From the NCBI RefSeq assembly GCF_000223395.1, contig NC_015931.1, forward strand, positions 510,001-542,000: a DNA stretch of 32,000 nucleotides. The letters are read 5' to 3'. Origin of the DNA: Pyrolobus fumarii 1A. Lineage in GTDB: Archaea > Thermoproteota > Thermoprotei_A > Sulfolobales > Pyrodictiaceae. A model generated the notes under the pieces. That model did not search any database and was not told the DNA's origin. It was given only the letters and a program-made list of their open reading frames with translations. Shown one piece after another: positions 16,869 through 23,164 of this stretch. The translations under genes were made by a program, and so were the position numbers. The stretch's first letter is position 1. Each line of letters begins with the position of its first letter.

Positions 16869-17014
16869 ACACCCAACCCATTACCCGGCTGGCGATTGTC
16901 CCTCTGCAAGCGGGGCCGATGAGGAGCCGTGTTTAAGCCGAGTGGTGGCGAGAGCCACGGCCGTGCCGAGGCCCGCCATAAACCCGCACGGGGCTGTAGA
17001 CGCTGGGGCACGTC

Positions 17015-17734
17015 GTGCTGCACCGTTACGCGTTCCTGGTCAAGAACTTGCGCGGGGTGCTGGCGGGGGCGCCCGCTGACAACCTGGAGGCTTACGTGCC
17101 ATGGCTATCTAGGAGGTTCCGCTATCGCGACCTCGGCGTACCCCCATGCATATTGAGGAGGGCGCCTAGCGTCTTCGAGGGTAGGCTGGGCGGCAACCCC
17201 TTCCACGAGCTGCACTACCCGACGGCTAGTGTCGAGCACGCCGCCCGGGAGATGGCTAACAGGCTATCGAGTGCTACTGGTCTAGACGAGTGTCTAGCTC
17301 ATTCCCTCCTGCTCGCCTCTGCGTACGCCTCGCCAGTCATAGCGCTGCCGGGCGCAGCGGCAGAGCTACTCAGCAGCAGAGTAGCGGTGCACATCGTGAA
17401 GGGGCCCGTGATGGACGCGCAGCAGGCGAGGTTACACCTCCGTATAGTCGACTATACAGTGCTGGACGCCTACATAGAGAGCATCGAGGAGGCGGTCGAG
17501 GCGATAGAGTCTGGCGGCGAGCCGTCCACGTTGAGGGAGAGGAGGCTCGAGAGGGCGCGGAGAGACGAGAAGCGCTACTGGAGGATAGCGGGCAAAGGCG
17601 ACAAGCCTGTCATAATATACCTTGACCATGTGTCGCCGCTGTTGGAGGGCGGGTATAGGCCTCCAACGGGGCCCGAGGAGAGAGTGCTACTCGCGCAGCT
17701 AGCCGTGTTCAACCTAGAGGCGGTAAGCGTCTAG
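17015..17734 (+). CDS. hypothetical protein
   Basis: 239-aa ORF with GTG start, protein-like composition and an acidic/basic coiled segment (EEAVEAIESGGEPSTLRERRLERARRDEKRYW). I recognise no family. Confidence 0.5.
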   Translation: MLHRYAFLVKNLRGVLAGAPADNLEAYVPWLSRRFRYRDLGVPPCILRRAPSVFEGRLGGNPFHELHYPTASVEHAAREMANRLSSATGLDECLAHSLLLASAYASPVIALPGAAAELLSSRVAVHIVKGPVMDAQQARLHLRIVDYTVLDAYIESIEEAVEAIESGGEPSTLRERRLERARRDEKRYWRIAGKGDKPVIIYLDHVSPLLEGGYRPPTGPEERVLLAQLAVFNLEAVSV

Positions 17735-17826
17735 GCGATAGTTACGCCCGCCACTCTACCAGTTCTACACTGGCTGGGTGTCAAGCCGCTTCGGGGAAAA
17801 CTGGGGGAGGCGGGACCGAAAGTGGT

Positions 17827-18201
17827 GTGCAGAGAATGGAAGCGCCGAGCATACCACTCCTGCTAGCCGCGTACACAGCGACGATAGTGCTACACGAGCT
17901 GATACACTACATTGTTGCTAGGCTGGCAGGTGTCGAGGGTCTACGTTTTGTCGTTGACGCGAAGCGCGGCGCGATAGGGTTTACGTATGAGAGGGCCACA
18001 CCGATGGCAATCCGCGTGGCTGCACTAGCGCCACAACTACTCACAGTCGTGTTGCTAGCGGTGTGGCTCGTAACGGGCGCGGTCGAGGCCCTCCTAACCG
18101 CCATTCTAAACATCGTGGGCAGTGTCAACGACCTCGCGAACAGTGTTAAACCCGTTATACCTGTGCCCGCAGAGCGTCTTGACGCGCCACGTCTAGACTA
18201 G
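17827..18201 (+). CDS. small membrane protein with HExxH zincin motif
   Basis: 124 aa with about 3 hydrophobic helices. HELIH is embedded at the end of helix 1 (TATIVLHELIHYIVARLAG). The start may instead be the ATG at 17836. Confidence 0.5.
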   Translation: MQRMEAPSIPLLLAAYTATIVLHELIHYIVARLAGVEGLRFVVDAKRGAIGFTYERATPMAIRVAALAPQLLTVVLLAVWLVTGAVEALLTAILNIVGSVNDLANSVKPVIPVPAERLDAPRLD

Positions 18202-18255
18202 CGCTCCCCGTATAGGCGGCTACCTTGGACTAATGACGTCGGGTGCTAGCTCAGC

Positions 18256-19458
18256 GTGCATGTAGGCCGATGGCCATTCGACGAGAAGCCTCTCCTGGTA
18301 TTCTGGGAGACTACGAAGGCGTGCCTCCTGGTCTGTAAGCACTGCAGGGCCAAGGCGATCAGGGAGCCTCTGCCCGGGGAGCTGGACACGAGGGAGGGCA
18401 AGAGGCTCATAGAGATGGTTGCAGAGTTTGGCAGGCCATACCCGATACTCGTGTTCACCGGCGGAGACCCCCTGATGCGCAAGGATGTATGGGAGCTTCT
18501 CGAGTACGCGAAGAGCCTTGGTCTACGCGTGGGCCTCGCACCCAGCATCACACCGCTATTGACACCAGAGAACATCAAGAGGATAGCAAGGGTGGTAGAC
18601 GCTGTCTCCATCAGCCTCGATGCGCCTAGCCCAGCGATCCACGACGCTATAAGGGGGTACGAGGGCATCTGGGGGAAGACAATCGAGGTTATCAAGAGGT
18701 TCATCGAGGAGGGTGTACGCGTACAAGTCAACACTGTTGTGTTGAGGGAGACCGCGCCACACTTAGCCGACATGGCCAAGCTACTCGTAGACCTGGGCGT
18801 CAAGACCTGGGAGGTGTTCTACCTGGTCCCCGTTGGCAGAGCCAACCTAGAGCTAATGCCCACGCCCAGCGAGTTCGAGGACGTCTCGCACTTCCTCTAT
18901 GAGGCTTCGAAGTACGGCATCCTAGTGAGGACGACAGAGGGCCCAATGTTCAGGAGGGTAGCGTGGACGCGGAGAGCCCTGGAGGAGAAGGGCCTCGACC
19001 CCGACGAGGTGTTGAAACCCGGCCCGTTGTACCAGAAGCTCGTCGCGAGGCTAAGGGAGCTGCTAGGAGAGCCTCGCGGCCAGCCTCTAGCCCAGACGGT
19101 GGGCACGAGGGACGGCAAAGGAATCATATTCATCGGGTATGATGGTCGCGTCTATCCAAGCGGGTTCATGGAGTACCACGTCGGCAGCATCAGGGAGAAG
19201 AGCCTAAAGGAGATCTACCAGGAGCATCCACTCCTCCGCAAGATACGCGCAGCGGAGTTCAAAGGAAGGTGCGGGCTCTGCGAGTTCCGCGACATATGCG
19301 GCGGTAGCCGCGCAAGAGCCTACCATGTCACCGGTGACCCTCTAGGCGAGGACCCAGCCTGCCCCTACCAGCCCGGAGAGTATACCAAACTCGCAGAGAA
19401 GCTATCACTACCGCTAAACCCGCCGCTAAAGCCCGTCCCCCGGCAACAAAAGGAGTAA
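18256..19458 (+). CDS. radical SAM enzyme with C-terminal SPASM domain (AhbD/NirJ/PqqE-like)
   Basis: CLLVCKHC is a CX3CX2C cluster, preceded by PLLVFWETTKA. A GGDPL SAM motif is present. The C-terminal CGLCEFRDICGGSRARAY...CPY is the Cys-rich auxiliary-cluster region. Confidence 0.85.
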   Translation: MHVGRWPFDEKPLLVFWETTKACLLVCKHCRAKAIREPLPGELDTREGKRLIEMVAEFGRPYPILVFTGGDPLMRKDVWELLEYAKSLGLRVGLAPSITPLLTPENIKRIARVVDAVSISLDAPSPAIHDAIRGYEGIWGKTIEVIKRFIEEGVRVQVNTVVLRETAPHLADMAKLLVDLGVKTWEVFYLVPVGRANLELMPTPSEFEDVSHFLYEASKYGILVRTTEGPMFRRVAWTRRALEEKGLDPDEVLKPGPLYQKLVARLRELLGEPRGQPLAQTVGTRDGKGIIFIGYDGRVYPSGFMEYHVGSIREKSLKEIYQEHPLLRKIRAAEFKGRCGLCEFRDICGGSRARAYHVTGDPLGEDPACPYQPGEYTKLAEKLSLPLNPPLKPVPRQQKE

Positions 19459-19532
19459 GACGATAGTAAGTAAGGCATGACACCCTAGCTATCATCGTCG
19501 AGTAGTCATGTAGTCCGGTGTCTAGCACCCTG

Positions 19533-19553
19533 CTTTTCTTAGGCGGGGTTTTC
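19533..19553 (+). terminator. oligo-T tracts after the radical SAM gene
   Basis: cttttctt at 19533-19540 and ggggttttcgg, 75-95 nt after the stop. An imperfect inverted repeat gacgatag...ctatcatcgtc (19459-19499) precedes them. Confidence 0.3.
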
Positions 19554-19577
19554 GGAGCGACGCGGGAGCAGTGAGAG

Positions 19578-21029
19578 TTGAGAATTGCTCGTGTTGTCGT
19601 AGCGCGTCTAGCGCTACGCGCCCTTGGACTCATACCACAGCTATTCGCTAGCATCGCGGTGGCCAGGAAGCTCGATGTAAACGAGTATGCGCTCTACCAG
19701 ACGATCAGTACGCGAGTCTCCACCTACTCTATGTTTGTTCCTCAGGTTCTGGGCTACTGGGCTTACAGGTACACGGTGCAGGGTATCCGCGGCTCACTCA
19801 AGATGTACCTCCTTGTGCTCCTCCTGGCAGCGTGTGGCGGCTTCCTACTGGCTTTTACCATGGCACGGCTAATGGGCGCTGATATACCAACGTCCCTCTT
19901 GCTCGCGGTAATGCTCTACTTTGTGGTTATTGTCAGGGGGTTAAGCCGTGTATTGGGCGGCGTTAGGCCGATACTTGCAGACGCAGCCGAGGTTTGCGGC
20001 AAGCTCCTCTACGTGTCCCTCATAGCGCTTTCAGTGTTCGTAATGGATGGTCTTGACGTACAGAAGGTGGCACTGTACCAGATAGCGGGGATTACGTTAA
20101 CCATCGTGATATTGACGCTAGAGACGCTCGTGGCGTATCTACGTGAGCCGCTGTGCACACGGTGCATTAGGGAGTGGGTTAGAGGCGCTTGGCTCCCATT
20201 TTTACGCCATGCATCAATGCTCTTAATCGCGATGGATGTTCTGGTCGTTCTGAACGTTATACGCGACTCGCATTACACGATAGCAGCGTTTATGGTAGTA
20301 AGTCTGGCGGCAAGGACTATCTCCTGGCTAGCTATCACCAGTGTTGCTCCGCTACACGCCTTTGTGCTAGAGACGAGCGACGTGATATCAGCGAACAATG
20401 TAAGCCGTATTATTCTAGTGCTTTTCGCGTTGTTTCTAGGCTATATAGCGGCTAGGCCGGAGCAGGTGGTTGCAATCTTTAACCCGGTGTACGTGCATGT
20501 CGCGGCGGCTGCTCAGCTTGTAGCGGCAGCGACCCTGGTAACGATAATGCTCAACATTGTTGACGGTATAATCCAGGGTATGGATAAGAGTACTGCCGTG
20601 AAGCCGGGTATGATTTTAAAAGCGTCATCACTGACCAGGATAGTATCTTCACTGGCCTATCTTGTCTTGCTCTATGCGTCGCTTTGCGTCGTAAACGATC
20701 AGGTAGAGGCTGTTTGGGCGTGGGCGGCTTCGCTTCTCGCGGCACGGGTGCTCAACATGATGCTAATAGCCTATGTTGCTAGGAGGTATGGCGTGTCGTT
20801 GAGCCTAGCGTCCCTAGCCTATCCTATCGCGTACTTTGTGATAGCGTGGCTCGTGGCGTCTATAGTAGCGCCGGTGGGCTACTCGCCACTAGCACTGCAA
20901 GACGCTATGCTCGTGTTGACGGGTGTTGTTTACACGGCGCCGGTGTACATCGTGCTGGTGATGCTGGTTGACCCTGGGCTTCGCAGTCTCGCTAGGCTCA
21001 CGGTAGAGAAGTATGTGCGGGTGAGGTAG
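19578..21029 (+). CDS. MOP/Wzx-type polysaccharide (oligosaccharide) flippase
   Basis: 483 aa with about 12-14 hydrophobic helices. The length and topology fit polysaccharide-biosynthesis flippases, and the gene is adjacent to a glycosyltransferase. Confidence 0.65.
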   Translation: MRIARVVVARLALRALGLIPQLFASIAVARKLDVNEYALYQTISTRVSTYSMFVPQVLGYWAYRYTVQGIRGSLKMYLLVLLLAACGGFLLAFTMARLMGADIPTSLLLAVMLYFVVIVRGLSRVLGGVRPILADAAEVCGKLLYVSLIALSVFVMDGLDVQKVALYQIAGITLTIVILTLETLVAYLREPLCTRCIREWVRGAWLPFLRHASMLLIAMDVLVVLNVIRDSHYTIAAFMVVSLAARTISWLAITSVAPLHAFVLETSDVISANNVSRIILVLFALFLGYIAARPEQVVAIFNPVYVHVAAAAQLVAAATLVTIMLNIVDGIIQGMDKSTAVKPGMILKASSLTRIVSSLAYLVLLYASLCVVNDQVEAVWAWAASLLAARVLNMMLIAYVARRYGVSLSLASLAYPIAYFVIAWLVASIVAPVGYSPLALQDAMLVLTGVVYTAPVYIVLVMLVDPGLRSLARLTVEKYVRVR

Positions 21030-21085
21030 GGCTTCGCAACCCCTCTCCTATAACCTCCCAGTGTGCGTCGGGGTGCGGGGATAGT

Positions 21086-22111
21086 GTGAGGGTATTCGTC
21101 GCGTGGCGGAGGATCAGCGCGCGCACCAGGGATCTCGCCGGGAGCCTGAGAGCAAAGCTAGTGTTCATAAGGAGTGGCCCGCCCTATATCCGCGCGTGTA
21201 TCGAGACTAAGCGTGTCCTTGAGGAACTCCGGCCACAGACCGTTATCGTTCAGTTGCCGCAGGGGCCTCTCCTCTACCGCGTGGCTCAGCTACGCGATAG
21301 GCTAGGCTATGTGCTCGTTGCCGATGTGCACACGGCTATGGTTGTGCATGACACCCTCAAGAGCCTGGTGTTGAACAAGCCGTTTACGAGGTACTTGCGC
21401 AGAGCGGATATCGTGGTTGTGCACAACCGGCTGGTTGCTAGGCTCGTGGAGGAGAAGATAGGGGTAGAGCCCAGCCGCATACTGGTCGTCTACGACCCGC
21501 CGCCCAGGATGGAGCCGGTCGAGGAGCCACCATTCGCCAAGGAGCTCGGAGAGTTTATCCTCGTGCCGGCTGGCTGGGCTGCCGACGAGCCGCTAGAGGA
21601 GATAGTCGAGGCGTTCTGCGCGAGCAAGGCCAGCAGTAAGTACAGGTTGGTGCTCACAGGCGATTATGGTAGGGCGCGGCGCCGCGCCACGAGAATAGCT
21701 AGTATGTGCAGGGCGGTGATGCTCACCGGGTTCCTGCCAGCACCCCAGTACAACTGGCTCGTGAGAAACGCTACCGCGGTGATAGCGGCGACGCTGAGAG
21801 AGTATACCTTCCTCCGCGCAGCGTGGGAAGCGATAGTGCTGCACAAGCCGCTCTTGGCATCCAGGACGCGCACCATGGAGGACTTGTTGGGGGCTGACTA
21901 CCCAGGGTTGTTTAACCCCCGGAGCGGTGATCTGGAGAGGTTGCTGGGTGGGCTAGCCGAGGGCAATCTCATCGAAGAGCTTCGTGCCAGCGTGGCACGC
22001 CTGGCGGAGAGGCTTGTACCCGAGCAGAGGTCCATGCTCGAGGAGCTTGATAGGAGGATTCGCGAGCTGGAGACGAGCAAGCTGGAGTGCGGGTGTAGCT
22101 TCACCAGGTGA
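21086..22111 (+). CDS. glycosyltransferase (GT-B fold, GT4-like)
   Basis: 341 aa. The N-terminal Rossmann half is followed by a C-terminal half with the LTGDYG...GFLP...Y..L...A.AVI.....E pattern typical of group-1 glycosyltransferases. Confidence 0.65.
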   Translation: MRVFVAWRRISARTRDLAGSLRAKLVFIRSGPPYIRACIETKRVLEELRPQTVIVQLPQGPLLYRVAQLRDRLGYVLVADVHTAMVVHDTLKSLVLNKPFTRYLRRADIVVVHNRLVARLVEEKIGVEPSRILVVYDPPPRMEPVEEPPFAKELGEFILVPAGWAADEPLEEIVEAFCASKASSKYRLVLTGDYGRARRRATRIASMCRAVMLTGFLPAPQYNWLVRNATAVIAATLREYTFLRAAWEAIVLHKPLLASRTRTMEDLLGADYPGLFNPRSGDLERLLGGLAEGNLIEELRASVARLAERLVPEQRSMLEELDRRIRELETSKLECGCSFTR

Positions 22112-22182
22112 GGTTCGCCGTGTACGCTCTTGCTTAGAGCCTGTGGGGCGCTCCCTTATACCAGCGGAGGAGGCTCCCAGGT

Positions 22183-22806
22183 TTGAAAGGCGTGCCTCGC
22201 ATCCTCGCGGTCGTCTACCGGGCTAAGGAGAGGGACTTCGCGGAGAAGCTGGAGGAGGCTACGCGCGAGGACATAGTGTACGTGACGGATCTCACCTCGT
22301 GTAGCCAGAAGAGGGTCTTCCGCCTCAGCATGCCGCTGCTCTCATTCCGCTTCGAGCCGGCCATGCTCCTCGGGGAGCTTGTGCACCGTGGCCTCGAGGC
22401 TATACTCGAGGAGGAGGGCTGGGCAACCGAAATGGAGGTCGTGAAGCGCTTCGAGATAGACGGGGAGGTTTACGAGCTCCGTGGGCGTGTCGACGCTGCA
22501 CTAGTCACGGAGGATGGCGTGGAGGAGGTCGTGGAGATAAAGACTGCTAGGAGCGTCGAGAAGCCCCTGGAGCATCACGTTCTCCAGCTCCAGGTTTACA
22601 TGACGCTACTGGGCGCCAAGCGGGGGACGCTAGTCTACGTGACGCCGGATAGGGTGGTGGAGTATGCTGTTGGGCCCCGCGAGGTTGACGTGGAGCAGCT
22701 TGTGAGGGAGACTGTCCACAACCTGGCGCGACCCAGGTTCGACTGGGAGTGCCGCTACTGCCCGTACCGCAGGTACTGCCCATACGTGAGGAGCCAGGAG
22801 CACTAG
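22183..22806 (+). CDS. Cas4-like PD-(D/E)xK nuclease with 4-Cys cluster (solo, no CRISPR-cas neighbours)
   Basis: VYVTDLTSCSQKR supplies the N-terminal Cys. GRVDA...VVEIKTARS gives D...ExK. QLQVYMTLL is the QxxxY motif. C-terminal CRYCPYRRYCPY supplies three more Cys. Confidence 0.75.
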   Translation: MKGVPRILAVVYRAKERDFAEKLEEATREDIVYVTDLTSCSQKRVFRLSMPLLSFRFEPAMLLGELVHRGLEAILEEEGWATEMEVVKRFEIDGEVYELRGRVDAALVTEDGVEEVVEIKTARSVEKPLEHHVLQLQVYMTLLGAKRGTLVYVTPDRVVEYAVGPREVDVEQLVRETVHNLARPRFDWECRYCPYRRYCPYVRSQEH

Positions 22807-22846
22807 GAGAGTTGTGCGCGGTGCGTCCCCGCCCCGGTCACCCCAA

Positions 22847-22870
22847 CCGGGTGCTCCTCTAGGCACCCGG
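22847..22870 (+). terminator. perfect 8-bp hairpin downstream of the Cas4-like gene
   Basis: ccgggtgc-tcctctag-gcacccgg, flanked by further CCCGGG-type hairpins (22832-22853, 22866-22880) and the T-tract ctctttta at about 22911-22918. Confidence 0.3.
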
Positions 22871-23075
22871 GCGTCCCGGGGCACCCACTATGCCACTACA
22901 CCGGGCCTCACTCTTTTAGAGACTCCCGGCCAGCGGCAAGAGAACATTAGGCGCCACAATAATCTCTAGGTATGCGTGGTGATACCGGGTTTGGCCTCCT
23001 AGCCTGTGTTGCCCCTCCCCGGGCTTGCGCGTAGGCAGAGGCCGCATGTAGGCATACCACGTATGTTAATACGGT

Positions 23076-23091
23076 GTTAGGCTAGCCTAAC
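23076..23091. promoter_or_regulatory. 16-bp perfect palindrome upstream of the RNR gene (candidate operator)
   Basis: gttaggctagcctaac lies 74 nt before the GTG at 23165, between AT-rich TATA-like segments (tgttaata 23063-23070; ctaatgcaa about 23127-23135). Confidence 0.35.
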
Positions 23092-23164
23092 TTCTGATCG
23101 GGGTATCACTTGCCCACATACACACTGCTAATGCAATCCCCGAGTATCCGGAGGGTATAGTGCC

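Noticed and set aside
22807-23164. Cobalamin riboswitch upstream of the B12-dependent RNR
   Set aside because: I could not find a B12-box-like consensus or the expected multi-stem architecture, and such riboswitches are not established in Crenarchaeota. The region is reported only as a long structured spacer with a palindrome.
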